A DNA stretch of 64,000 nt from positions 2,409-66,408 of the forward strand of contig CAYVXD010000004.1 in NCBI GenBank assembly GCA_964454265.1, given 5' to 3'. Positions 30,464 to 40,231 of the stretch are shown here, one piece after another. The notes below the pieces were generated by a model. The model saw only the letters and a list, made by a program, of their open reading frames with translations. It was not told the DNA's origin and ran no database searches. The position numbers and the translations under genes were made by a program. The stretch is from an uncultured Candidatus Sumerlaeota bacterium. Its GTDB lineage: Bacteria; Sumerlaeota; Sumerlaeia; MWCT01; JAUWMI01. Within the stretch, counting starts at the first letter, position 1, and every line of letters begins with the position of its first letter.

Positions 30464-32083
30464 TCAGCTTGACCCTTTGTCCGTCTTACGGCGTTTGAAT
30501 CGGCGTTCCTCATTCTTGAGCAGTGTATATTCCACACTGTCTACAATTGCGCGCCAGCTTGCCTCAATGATATTTTCTGATACGCCGACAGTGCCCCATT
30601 CATGCTTCCCGTCAGAGGTTTCGATCAGGACCCGCACCTTAGCCGCAGTTCCTTCTTTCGGGTCAATCACGCGTACTTTGAAATCGGACAATTGGATGTT
30701 GCGTAATTCTGGATAGCTTTCACTCAGGGCCTTGCGTAGTGCGCAGTCCAGAGCATTGACCGGGCCGTCGCCATCAGAGGCCGTGTGCTTGAGCTCACCG
30801 TTGATTAGAAGCTTAATCGTGGCTTCAGATAAACAAGGCTCCTTCGGGCCGCGCTTCTCGATAATCACCCGAAATCCCTGTAGATCGAAAAACGTTTTAT
30901 GCTTGCCCAGCGCCTTCTTTAGCAGCACTTCAAACGAGCCTTCGGCCGCCTCGAACTGATAGCCTTCATCTTCCATTTCTTTAATATCGGCCAACAATCC
31001 GCGCGTTTCCTCGCTCGCAGTGGACAGATCAATGCCTAACTCCTCGGCTTTTGACTGAATGTTGCTCTTGCCGGAAAGTTCCGACACCAGAATGTGCCGC
31101 TTATTGCCAACGAGCTCCGGCTTGATGTGCTCGTACGTTTGTGGATTGCGGAGTACCGCACTAACATGCACCCCACCCTTATGGGAGAACACGTAGCGGC
31201 CAACGTAAGGATGGCGCGGATTTGGAACCAGGTTGGCCATTTCATTGACATAATGCGAGACCTCGGTCAGTTTACGTAGCTGCACCCGCGGGATGCAGCG
31301 TTTGTTGTATTTGAGAACCAGGCTCGGAATGATTTGAATCAGGTCAGCATTTCCGCAGCGCTCGCCAAAGCCGTTGATTGTACCCTGCACGTGGTTTGCT
31401 CCATAATAAATCGCAATCAGGGAGTTCGACACAGCCAGGCCGGCATCGTTGTGGGCGTGGATACCCAGCGGGCTCCCTATTACTCGTTGCACCTGCTCCA
31501 TTATGGTGGGAATCTCGGTAGACATGGTGCCGCCATTAGTATCGCACAGAACAATGGTATCAGCGCCTGCCTCAGCAGCCACCTGAATTGTTTTCAGCGC
31601 GTAGTCAGGATTGTTTTTGTAACCATCAAAAAAATGTTCCGCATCGTAAATCACTTCTTTGCCCTTGGTTTTCAGATAGGCAATAGAGTCGCGAATCATA
31701 TTTACATTCTCGTCGAGCGAGACGCGAAGGGCATCGCGCACGTGCAGATCCCAAGTCTTGCCGAAGATCGTGACCACAGGGGTTTCTGCCTCAATGAGGG
31801 CGGCAATATTGGAATCAAGGGCCGCTTTGGATTTTGCGCGACAGGTACTCCCGAACGCCGAGAGGCGCGCCTGCTTGAGTTTTACCTCCTTCATACGGTG
31901 GAAGAACCGAATGGCTTTGGGATTCGATCCAGGCCAGCCCCCTTCTATGTAATCCAGACCAAATTCGTCCAGCTTCTGGGCAATACGAATCTTGTCCTGC
32001 AGCGAAAATGCAATCCCTTCGCCTTGTTCGCCATCGCGCAATGTTGTGTCATACAGATAGATGTCTTTTTTCATAACTATCAA
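30464..32083 (-). CDS. cimA: (R)-citramalate synthase-like enzyme of the LeuA/CimA family
   Basis: 539 aa. N-terminal DTTLRDGEQ and EGGWPGSNPK (CimA-type), HMGL-like TIM barrel (HAHND) and a C-terminal LeuA-dimer regulatory domain. Assigning CimA rather than LeuA is an inference. Confidence 0.6.
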   Translation of the reverse strand: MIVMKKDIYLYDTTLRDGEQGEGIAFSLQDKIRIAQKLDEFGLDYIEGGWPGSNPKAIRFFHRMKEVKLKQARLSAFGSTCRAKSKAALDSNIAALIEAETPVVTIFGKTWDLHVRDALRVSLDENVNMIRDSIAYLKTKGKEVIYDAEHFFDGYKNNPDYALKTIQVAAEAGADTIVLCDTNGGTMSTEIPTIMEQVQRVIGSPLGIHAHNDAGLAVSNSLIAIYYGANHVQGTINGFGERCGNADLIQIIPSLVLKYNKRCIPRVQLRKLTEVSHYVNEMANLVPNPRHPYVGRYVFSHKGGVHVSAVLRNPQTYEHIKPELVGNKRHILVSELSGKSNIQSKAEELGIDLSTASEETRGLLADIKEMEDEGYQFEAAEGSFEVLLKKALGKHKTFFDLQGFRVIIEKRGPKEPCLSEATIKLLINGELKHTASDGDGPVNALDCALRKALSESYPELRNIQLSDFKVRVIDPKEGTAAKVRVLIETSDGKHEWGTVGVSENIIEASWRAIVDSVEYTLLKNEERRFKRRKTDKGSS

Positions 32084-32199
32084 TCCTCCCTATCCCCACT
32101 GGCCGGTACTGTATGTATCGCAGCGTATTTCATCAAAAGCTCAGACGATCTCCGCTGATTGGTCTGGTGAATCTACCGTGGGTGCTGAAGAAAGCCAGC

Positions 32200-32652
32200 T
32201 CATTTTCTCAGGAGGGCTTTCAATTCGTCGGAGAACTCACTGACGTCCCGGAACTGTCGGTAAACTGAGGCAAATCGTACGTAGGCGACCTCGTCGAGAT
32301 CCTTCAATCGCTTCAAGACCATTTCGCCGATTTTCAGGGAGCTGACTTCTTTGTCCATTTCATTATACAGGGTTTTTTCGACGAAGTCCACGATTTTCTC
32401 GATGTCCTGGAGCGCCACAGGACGCTTCTCGCACGCCTTAAGAATCCCATTCAGAATTTTCTGTGGGTCAAAGGTCTCGCGTTTGCCGTCCCGCTTGATT
32501 ACCATTAGCGGGATCTTTTCAATGACTTCAAATGTGGTGAAACGTCGGCGACAACTCAGACATTCGCGTCGGCGACGAACCGATTCCCCATTCTGGCACA
32601 GCCGGGAGTTGACGACTTTATCCTTCACGTTACCGCAGTAGGGACATTGCAT
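32200..32652 (-). CDS. nrdR: transcriptional repressor NrdR
   Basis: 150 aa. N-terminal zinc ribbon MQCPYCG...CLSC followed by an ATP-cone domain. Confidence 0.9.
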   Translation of the reverse strand: MQCPYCGNVKDKVVNSRLCQNGESVRRRRECLSCRRRFTTFEVIEKIPLMVIKRDGKRETFDPQKILNGILKACEKRPVALQDIEKIVDFVEKTLYNEMDKEVSSLKIGEMVLKRLKDLDEVAYVRFASVYRQFRDVSEFSDELKALLRK

Positions 32653-32786
32653 ATGGCACCTCTCTCTGCGCTGTTGAGCTTTATGATCTCCTCTGAATGA
32701 ACAAATACGCCGGGGATGTAAGACGACCTTGGCCCAAGCGCTTTATTGTCATTTGACAACAATGAAGGAAGATACGCCAGCGCATC

Positions 32787-33119
32787 TTAGCCAATATGCT
32801 TGTCAATTGCCTTCTTCAGCACCTCTTTAGGTACTGCACCTACAATGCGTTCCTTAGCCTCGCCAGATTTGACCAGGATGATGGTTGGTATGCTCTGAAT
32901 GCTGAAATGTATTGCTATCTTCTGATTTTCGTCAACATTTAGCCTTCCCACTTTCAGTTTCCCCTGGTATTCGTTGGCCAACTCCTCGATGATGGGTTCT
33001 ACGCGCAGACAGGGACCGCACCATGGTGCCCAAAAATCAATTAATACCGGTAACTCGCTTTTGATCACCTCAGTCTCAAACTTATCGTCGCTAAATAAAG
33101 CAACATTTTCACCCGTCAT
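32787..33119 (-). CDS. trxA: thioredoxin
   Basis: WCGPC active site. The likely start is MTGENV (33119); the ORF track begins 8 codons upstream. Confidence 0.9.
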   Translation of the reverse strand: MTGENVALFSDDKFETEVIKSELPVLIDFWAPWCGPCLRVEPIIEELANEYQGKLKVGRLNVDENQKIAIHFSIQSIPTIILVKSGEAKERIVGAVPKEVLKKAIDKHIG

Positions 33120-33161
33120 TTTTCCCTCCAGCCAGAAGTTCAAAGAATGTCTAGGTAACTG

Positions 33162-33352
33162 AGGGGTCGGGGAGTTTTACCTCCGACCCCTCATCCCGAC
33201 CCTGAACAAAGTGAAGGGGAGGGATCTCCTTCAGGATGAATCCTTTCAAGCAATTATAGAGATCCATCCACAGTCATTATAGGAGTAAGATCCTTCGTCG
33301 CTTCGCTCCTCAGGATGAGCAGTCGGCGTTATAGAAAACTCCCCGACTGCTC
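33162..33352. mobile_element. MITE-like non-autonomous element (191 bp) with imperfect terminal inverted repeats and 9-bp flanking direct repeats
   Basis: 5' end aggggTCGGGGAGTTTT and 3' end AAAACTCCCCGActgctc give a 12-bp perfect TIR that extends with mismatches. The 9-bp flanking direct repeat AGGTAACTG lies at 33153-33161 and 33353-33361. Internal direct repeats ctcaggatga. The element contains no ORF. Confidence 0.5.
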
Positions 33353-33441
33353 AGGTAACTGTAATAATTCTGCTCGTCAAGTCAAGTTAAATAACGGTAA
33401 ATCCTTTGTTTAAGGAAGATCCGTGACCCTAAAGACCGGTC

Positions 33442-34182
33442 TTACAGTGTCTCAATCGCTGATATTGCTTCCTCTAACTTCATTCTGCCGCTGTATAATG
33501 CCTTTCCTATAATTACTCCTGTTATGTTAGGGCGGTTCAGACGTCCGATCGCCAACACATCATCAATGCTGCTGATTCCGCCTGAAGCAATGACGCTGCA
33601 CGGAACTTGCCGGGCCAGGGCGTCAATGCCAGCGAGATTGGGACCGACGAGCATCCCATCGCACTTTATATCAGTGTAAATGATGGTAGAGACTCCTGAA
33701 GAGGCAACTCTGCGAGCGTAGCTAACTGCGTCATCGGCCTCCAGTTCCTGCCAGCCTTTTACCGCCACCTTCCCTTCTCGCGCGTCAATGCCCACTGCAA
33801 TTTTCTCTCCGTATTGCGCGACTAAAGTACGTAGAAACTCAGGAGATTCGTATGCTTTGGTTCCCAGCACGACACGATCAATACCTAAATGGAGCACCCT
33901 GGTGATATGCTCCAGATCGCGAAGCCCGCCGCCAAATTGTATGCGCGCCTGCACGTTCTGGCGAATCCTTTTCACCACATCAAGATTCTGTGGTGTGCCC
34001 TGAAACGCCCCATCCAGGTCCACAATGTGGATTATTTCTGCTCCTGCCGCCTCCCAACGCCTTGCGACTTCCACCGGATCGTTGGAATAGATGGTCTTTT
34101 GTGTCTTCTGGCCCTGCATTAATCTGACACAATTGCCAGCCATAAGATCAATGGCTGGAATCACCGTAAGGCCTTTTGCCAT
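33442..34182 (-). CDS. hisA: ProFAR isomerase (HisA)
   Basis: 246 aa. IPAIDLMAGNCVRLMQG N-terminus and a (beta/alpha)8 HisA pattern. Not flanked by other his genes. Confidence 0.85.
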   Translation of the reverse strand: MAKGLTVIPAIDLMAGNCVRLMQGQKTQKTIYSNDPVEVARRWEAAGAEIIHIVDLDGAFQGTPQNLDVVKRIRQNVQARIQFGGGLRDLEHITRVLHLGIDRVVLGTKAYESPEFLRTLVAQYGEKIAVGIDAREGKVAVKGWQELEADDAVSYARRVASSGVSTIIYTDIKCDGMLVGPNLAGIDALARQVPCSVIASGGISSIDDVLAIGRLNRPNITGVIIGKALYSGRMKLEEAISAIETL

Positions 34183-34626
34183 ACCAGATCCTTCGTAAGG
34201 TTTTAAAATGTAAGCATTTATAGCACATTCGGAGCAATGTCAAACCCTTTTTTTGGACGTCTCAAAAGGCAACTGAATGAACAGTTTTTCCTCGTGATGC
34301 TAGTGATAGTGGTATGCGTTGTGACAGTTGAAGAACACCTCGTTCCAATAGCATGGGATGCACAAAGTCGCAGCAGCGCCTTTAGTCAGTGAAAAAAGTG
34401 GATGAAGCTCCTGGCGAGAAAAGGTTGAAAACTGCGCCATTCCGGTTAGAGTATAAAAACAGTTGACTTATGGAACGCAAAAAGTTTTACTCGGATAGTT
34501 CATCTATAAAGAGTTAGCGCTTGTAAAGCGCGACATTCTGTGTAATCCGAATTGATTTGCCCTAATGGCTGCTTGCTTTAAGTTTTGCAGTGGTCGAATT
34601 ACGCCTAATCAGAGGTCATCAGGCTC

Positions 34627-36048
34627 TTGAACGCCTCGGTCTCCCGATTGCTCCATAAGCTCCTCCTCGTTCACGTGGCGCTCCTACTGTTTTTAACGCC
34701 ACTTTTCCTTTTGCCTCGTCTGGCGACATACAATCCTGTTATTGATTCCAAGAAGCTGATTGCATTCTTTCTCTTGTGCTCCTTTTTCATTTTCTATTGC
34801 ATCCGTATTGTGGTTGCGGGCATTCCGCGCTTTCAGGTGTCGCTGGTGAACGTATCGGCAGGACTGTTGCTAGTGTCTGTGATAATTGCATGTGTGGCGT
34901 CAGGAAACGTGATCTATTGCTTTCAAGAGGCGTTGATTTCCATCTTCCTGCTGGGATTGTTCTTTGTGCTTCAACCGCTCCTGACAGGGCATCAGGAGAT
35001 TAAAAAGTTGCAACTGGTGGCGATACTGGCTGCTGTCCTCGTCAGCATATACGGCTTGCTTCAGTATTTCAATCTGAACGTGCTAGCCGGCGCGTTTCCT
35101 TACGTGCGTCCGAGCAAAGAGAGCCGGAACTTTATTCTATCAACCATCGGCAATCCTGAGTACCTGGGCGGCTACCTGGCGCCATTTGCCGTTATGTTGA
35201 TTCCGCAGCTGCTGGCGCATCGCAAAGTAATGGCCCGCTTCCTCAGGGCTTTAGGGTTTGTCCTGTTTGCATTCGTGATGCTTCTGACGGGTGCGCGCGG
35301 CGCATGGCTCGGGATGCTTGGCGGCGCTCTGTTTGTTGCATATTGGATAGTGCGCTGGAAGCCGTTGCGTATTTCGCCACGCGCTGGCTGGATTTCGGTG
35401 ATTTTAGGAGCGATAGTGGTTTTGCTGCTGGTTGTCTTTTCGTTTCCTAATCCAATTAATACGCGCGACGCACGGGTAATGGGTCGCTTCAAGGAGCTGG
35501 CTGATCCGAGATCAGAATCCATCAAACAGCGCATTCTGTTTTATGCAATCTGTGCTGAGATGGTTGGCGACCGTCCGATTGTGGGTTTTGGCGAGGGCAT
35601 GTTTCAGGTTAACTTCTACGAGTACGTGAAGCGGCTCGTTGAGAAAGATGAACGAGCGGGTATGACACTATTTGCGATTGATCTGGAAAACCGTGTGGCT
35701 GAGCATGCGCATAATGATTATTTGCAATTTTGGGTCGAGCGTGGCAGTATGGGGCTTTTCCTCTTTGTCCTGTTGCTGCTGGCGTACTTTTTCGCGGTGA
35801 ACGGTCAGCTGCGTACTGCTCATTGCGGCAGCGCAGTCTGGCTCCTGCAGCTGAGTCTGAGCGGTGCTATCGTCTGCCTGTTGATTAGCAGCACGTTTAG
35901 CTTTCCCCTGCATTTGCCTACTCGAGCGTCGCTCTTCTGGATTCTGCTTTCTATGAGTGTATGTTTAGCATTTCCGGCTTCTCGAAATGATGCTACAGGC
36001 AGAGATGCCTGTGCTACCGATGCAAGGCCGCGAGGCGATGAGGCGTAG
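34627..36048 (+). CDS. O-antigen ligase / Wzy_C-domain polytopic membrane protein
   Basis: 473 aa and about 10-12 TM helices. A periplasmic loop carries the HAHNDYLQ...ERG signature of the O-antigen ligase family. Confidence 0.7.
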   Translation: MNASVSRLLHKLLLVHVALLLFLTPLFLLPRLATYNPVIDSKKLIAFFLLCSFFIFYCIRIVVAGIPRFQVSLVNVSAGLLLVSVIIACVASGNVIYCFQEALISIFLLGLFFVLQPLLTGHQEIKKLQLVAILAAVLVSIYGLLQYFNLNVLAGAFPYVRPSKESRNFILSTIGNPEYLGGYLAPFAVMLIPQLLAHRKVMARFLRALGFVLFAFVMLLTGARGAWLGMLGGALFVAYWIVRWKPLRISPRAGWISVILGAIVVLLLVVFSFPNPINTRDARVMGRFKELADPRSESIKQRILFYAICAEMVGDRPIVGFGEGMFQVNFYEYVKRLVEKDERAGMTLFAIDLENRVAEHAHNDYLQFWVERGSMGLFLFVLLLLAYFFAVNGQLRTAHCGSAVWLLQLSLSGAIVCLLISSTFSFPLHLPTRASLFWILLSMSVCLAFPASRNDATGRDACATDARPRGDEA

Positions 36049-36050
36049 CT

Positions 36051-37202
36051 GTGAAAGTTCTTTTTCTTCTGAACGCCTATGAGGAAGACGGACCTGGATT
36101 GTTGATCTTTTCAATTATTCAAGAAATGCAACGCTCTGGCGCAGTTGCATGTTCCACTGTGGCACTGTCGAGAGGAGGGCCGCTGCAAGAGCGATTTGAC
36201 GCGCTCGGAGTACCTACAGCCGTGGTGGGGATGAAAAGCGTTTGTGACATTGCAGCGATCGGGCGATTTATTCGGCATCTAAAACAGGAGCGCTGCAGCG
36301 TGCTTCATACAAATCTCATCCGGGCCGATCTGATTGGTCGGATGGCGGCCAAGCTGGCCGGGGTTCCTCTTATCGTGACTACGGAGCACGGCATTCACAC
36401 GTGGGATGTGAAAGGTCGGGTTGTGAAATGGTTGGTGCGTCTCTTGTATCGTTTGACAACGCGGTTTACCGATCGGATTATTGCGGTCTCCGAGTTTGTA
36501 GCACAGGATCTCAGGCGTAATGGCATCTCCGATGTGAAGATCACACGCATCTATAACGGGATTGATACTGATCCGTACCATCCGCTGCCAGAGGAGCAAC
36601 GGCGTGAGCTTTGCCCATACCTGGCAGACTGGGAGGTGCAGCATCTGGTCGGGGTTATAGGCAATATGGTGGCGCTGAAGGGACACGCCTGGTGTGTTCA
36701 GGCGATTCCTGCGATTGTCGCGCAGCACCCTGACACGCTCTTTGTCTTCGTTGGCAAAGGACCGCTGCGTCAGGAGATCCAGCAAATGGTGAGCTCTCTT
36801 GGCCTTGAGAAGCATGTGCGGTTCACGGGGCATCTGTCGGCATTGTTGCCACGGCTCATGGGATCGCTTGACGTGCTGGTTCAGCCGAGTCTGGTAGAAT
36901 CGTTCGGATTGGCAGTTGTGGAAGCTCAGGCATGTGGGGTGCCGGTAGTTGCCACAAGAGTAGGAGGATTGCCCGAGATTGTTGTTGATGGTGAAACCGG
37001 GTTTTTGGTGACATCAGAAGATCCTGAGGCACTGGCAGACAAGGTCAATGTGCTCCTGAGCGAGCCTGTGCTTGCGCGAAGTATGGGTAGAAGGGGACGG
37101 GAGAAAGTCCTGGCCCAGTTTCAGATTCAGCAGACAGCCAGTGCTTATGCGGAGCTTTATCGAAAGTTGGCTAGGGAAAAAGCCATAGACAGCGAATCAT
37201 GA
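36051..37202 (+). CDS. glycosyltransferase family 4
   Basis: 383 aa. QPSLVESFGLAVVEAQACGVPVVATRVGGLPE motif. Confidence 0.8.
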   Translation: MKVLFLLNAYEEDGPGLLIFSIIQEMQRSGAVACSTVALSRGGPLQERFDALGVPTAVVGMKSVCDIAAIGRFIRHLKQERCSVLHTNLIRADLIGRMAAKLAGVPLIVTTEHGIHTWDVKGRVVKWLVRLLYRLTTRFTDRIIAVSEFVAQDLRRNGISDVKITRIYNGIDTDPYHPLPEEQRRELCPYLADWEVQHLVGVIGNMVALKGHAWCVQAIPAIVAQHPDTLFVFVGKGPLRQEIQQMVSSLGLEKHVRFTGHLSALLPRLMGSLDVLVQPSLVESFGLAVVEAQACGVPVVATRVGGLPEIVVDGETGFLVTSEDPEALADKVNVLLSEPVLARSMGRRGREKVLAQFQIQQTASAYAELYRKLAREKAIDSES

Positions 37203-37222
37203 ATGCCAGGGATTCATAACTA

Positions 37223-38221
37223 GTGGCAGACTATCAGGTGCACAGCATTCAGGAGCGACATTATCGTCTGTGGGATGACTTTGTTGCTGCTTCGCCGCAG
37301 GGATGTTTCTACCACACCAGCTGCTGGAAACAGATCATTGATACCGGGACAACGTATACCATGCGTTTGTACGGATGTTTCCTTGGTGGCACGCTTGTGG
37401 GCGGCTGTACACTGACTGAGAAGGTTCAGCTGGGCCGTCATGCAGCGGTAAACGCCTTGACCACGCCGTATGCCGGGTTTCTGCTGCCGTCTACTTCGGG
37501 GACGAAGATTTCCGATCAAACCTCCCACGAGCACGCAATTCTCTCTGCTTTGAGTCGCTTTCTCGAAGCGCGGTTTCATCAGATTACGCTGTACAATTCG
37601 CCGGGACTGGCAGACGTGCGGCCGCTGACGCAGAGCGGCTGGAGCGCGGTGCCGTGTTATACGTATGTGCTGGATATCAGCGAGCCGAGGCGAGTGTGGG
37701 AACGTATGGATGGAAGCGTGCGACAGGCAATTCGAAAAGCCGTGAAACAGCAGTTTCATGTTGGTACGTCCACAGATGTGGATAGCTTTTATGGTCTCCT
37801 GGACAAGACACTTGGCAGGCGCCGCTTGCCAAATTTGATTCCCAGACGCCTGCTTGATACATTGATGCACACCGACAGTCTGAAAGATCGTCGGTTCTTA
37901 CTCACAGCGCAGCCCAAGAGCGGAGGACTTGCGAGCGGCATCCTGGTGCTGTGGGATCAGACCACTGCCTACTACGCGCTTGCTGCCACTGACCCTGCTC
38001 TGTACGGTAGCGGTGTCCACTCGCTCTTGATCTGGGAGCTGATTCAGCGTCTTTCACCGGTTGTTGGGATACTGGATTTTGTTGGTGCGAATATTCCCAG
38101 CATTGCACGATTTAAAGAAGGGTTCAACCCACAGCTCGAGACCCATTATTGTGTTGAGAAATGGCGATCCCTTCTATTGAAATGGAGCAAACGGCTGGTT
38201 CGTCGCCTCCGGGGTTATTGA
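37223..38221 (+). CDS. FemAB-like / BioF2-like GNAT-fold acyl- or aminoacyl-transferase
   Basis: 332 aa with a bipartite GNAT-like organisation (YHTSCWKQII ... ILVLWDQTTAYYALAATD). No exact family can be confirmed from sequence alone. Confidence 0.45.
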   Translation: MADYQVHSIQERHYRLWDDFVAASPQGCFYHTSCWKQIIDTGTTYTMRLYGCFLGGTLVGGCTLTEKVQLGRHAAVNALTTPYAGFLLPSTSGTKISDQTSHEHAILSALSRFLEARFHQITLYNSPGLADVRPLTQSGWSAVPCYTYVLDISEPRRVWERMDGSVRQAIRKAVKQQFHVGTSTDVDSFYGLLDKTLGRRRLPNLIPRRLLDTLMHTDSLKDRRFLLTAQPKSGGLASGILVLWDQTTAYYALAATDPALYGSGVHSLLIWELIQRLSPVVGILDFVGANIPSIARFKEGFNPQLETHYCVEKWRSLLLKWSKRLVRRLRGY

Positions 38222-38383
38222 AGTAGAAAAATTCCTGGCAATTCCCTGGTGCAATGGTGTATGAAGCTGCGCGCGATGCACGCCAAAGACCAGCTGTGAT
38301 AAACTGAACCCCTTTTTCATGGGGGAGAAAAGACTCATCGTGCGTATTGTCTTGAGACTCTTTCTACAAATGAGGCTGCACTC

Positions 38384-39160
38384 ATGAAGATTCATCCGAC
38401 GGCAATTGTCAGCCCAAAGGCACAGCTGGATACGACAGTGGAAGTTGGCCCATACGCGATAGTTGAGGAGAACGTAAAGATCGGAGCGCGAACAATAGTA
38501 ATGGCGCACGCCTACATTAGCGGATGGACGGAGATTGGCGAGGATAACCGAATTCACATCGGGGCTGTGATTGGTCATGTTCCGCAATACATTGCGTTCA
38601 AGGGCCAGAGGTCTTATGTCCGGATCGGCAACGGGAATACGATTCGCGAGTATGTGACGATCCACCGCTCGATTGAAGAGGAGCATGCTACGGTGATTGG
38701 TGATCGGAATTTTCTCATGGCCATGAGCCATGTGGCGCATGACTGCGTATTGGGAAATGAAATAATACTTGCGAACTCAGTGTTGCTCGCCGGCCATGTA
38801 GCCATTCAGGACAAGGTGATGATTTCAGGCAGTAGTGGGGTGCATCAGTATGTGCGGGTAGGAAGGATTGCCATGGTTTCCGGCCTGACGCGCGTAGTCA
38901 AAGACGTTCCACCGTTCATGATAGTCGAGGGCGAATCCACGGTGCGCGGGTTGAATGTTATCGGGATGCGGCGTGCGAATATTCCACCAGAGAATCGCGA
39001 GGCAGTGAAGCGCGCATATCGGCTTCTCTACCGGAGCGGGCTAAACTTACCGCATGCGCTGGAGGCCATTCAGTCGGAACCCATATGCGAGGAAGTCCGG
39101 CTGATTGTCGAGTTCGTGCAGCAGTCGCAGCGGGGGATTTGCAAGCACTATGTTAAATAA
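38384..39160 (+). CDS. acyl-ACP--UDP-GlcNAc O-acyltransferase-like enzyme (LpxA family, left-handed beta-helix)
   Basis: 258 aa. Hexapeptide repeats, the LpxA-type MKIHPTAIVSPKAQL N-terminus and a C-terminal helical domain. No lpxC/lpxD/fabZ/lpxB are nearby. Confidence 0.7.
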   Translation: MKIHPTAIVSPKAQLDTTVEVGPYAIVEENVKIGARTIVMAHAYISGWTEIGEDNRIHIGAVIGHVPQYIAFKGQRSYVRIGNGNTIREYVTIHRSIEEEHATVIGDRNFLMAMSHVAHDCVLGNEIILANSVLLAGHVAIQDKVMISGSSGVHQYVRVGRIAMVSGLTRVVKDVPPFMIVEGESTVRGLNVIGMRRANIPPENREAVKRAYRLLYRSGLNLPHALEAIQSEPICEEVRLIVEFVQQSQRGICKHYVK

Positions 39161-39232
39161 ATGGGTAGCCAAGTAGCGCACTTTAGCGGCTTGTGGTGCA
39201 AGACCGGCAGCTTCCGGCTGAAAGCCTAGTCC

Positions 39233-40231
39233 GTGGATTTCCCCATTTTCGATTCTGACATGGAAGAGACTGAACAGACGTCACTTGTTTCCGTCATTAT
39301 AGTGAATTGGAATACGTATGCAGAGCTCCGGCTGTGTCTTGAGGCCTTGCGTGGCCAGCAGGTAATTCCGCTTGAGATTATCGTGGTGGATAATAACTCT
39401 TCGAATGGTAGTGCCCGGAACTTGCCACATGAGTTTCCGTCAGTCCGCCTGATTGCTAATCGAGAGAATCTCGGCTTCGCAGAGGGATGCAATCAGGGTT
39501 TGCGCATTAGCCAGGGGCACTACATGCTCTTGCTTAACCCAGACACAGTTCCGAATCCCGATGCAATCAAGGCAATGGCTCGGTTCCTTGAGACGAATCA
39601 ATCGGCTGGAGCTGTGGGGTGTCAACTCGTTTTGCCTGATGGGACAGCGCAGATTACCTATAGCGCGTTACCGAATTTCCGGACCTACCTGGTGCTGCAT
39701 TCCCTCTTGAGTCCGATGATAAGGAAAATGCGAAGAATTGCACGTGCGGTACGCCAGGGGCTTGGCATTCGTGAACGCATGGCTGGGCCCAGGGAAGTTG
39801 GCTGGCTGATGGGCGCATGCATGATGGTGCGGCGGAAGATGGTTGATCAGGTGGGCCTGTTGGACAGCGAGTTCTTTATGTATTGTGAAGATACGGATTG
39901 GTGCAAGCGCATGCACGACCACGGATGGCAGATATTTTATCTTCCGTCGGCTTCGATTGCACACTTGCATCAGCGCAGTAGCCGACAACGGAAATTTGCC
40001 ACACTCGTCCAGCTCTATACATCGCTTCGCAGATATTATCTGAAGCACAAATCTGGTAATGCTTTGCTAGTGCTGACAGTGCTGGTGACCGTTGATATGA
40101 TATCTCGTCTTGTTTTGCTAGCACTCGCGAGAGTGGTCACGTTTGACCAGAGCGATGTGAATCGAGAGCGGCATCGTGCTGTGCGGGAAATCCTCAGGCT
40201 CTATTGGCATCCCCGGAGCTCAGACCGATGA
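39233..40231 (+). CDS. glycosyltransferase family 2
   Basis: VSVIIVNWNT...IIVVDNNSSNGS and DxD motifs. An alternative start is 39260. Confidence 0.8.
   Translation: MDFPIFDSDMEETEQTSLVSVIIVNWNTYAELRLCLEALRGQQVIPLEIIVVDNNSSNGSARNLPHEFPSVRLIANRENLGFAEGCNQGLRISQGHYMLLLNPDTVPNPDAIKAMARFLETNQSAGAVGCQLVLPDGTAQITYSALPNFRTYLVLHSLLSPMIRKMRRIARAVRQGLGIRERMAGPREVGWLMGACMMVRRKMVDQVGLLDSEFFMYCEDTDWCKRMHDHGWQIFYLPSASIAHLHQRSSRQRKFATLVQLYTSLRRYYLKHKSGNALLVLTVLVTVDMISRLVLLALARVVTFDQSDVNRERHRAVREILRLYWHPRSSDR

Noticed and set aside
29062-30537. Long N-terminal extension of hisS (ORF-track start 30537)
   Set aside because: The conserved HisS N-terminus (MELKAQRGTKDILP) begins at about 30324. The upstream 70 codons are unconserved and would overlap the cimA 3' region, so the start was moved.
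33161-33192. GC-rich hairpin gaggggtcgg...ccgacccctc as a rho-independent terminator of hisA
   Set aside because: It is not followed by a U-tract on either strand. It forms one terminus of the larger TIR-bounded element, so it is reported as MITE-like instead.
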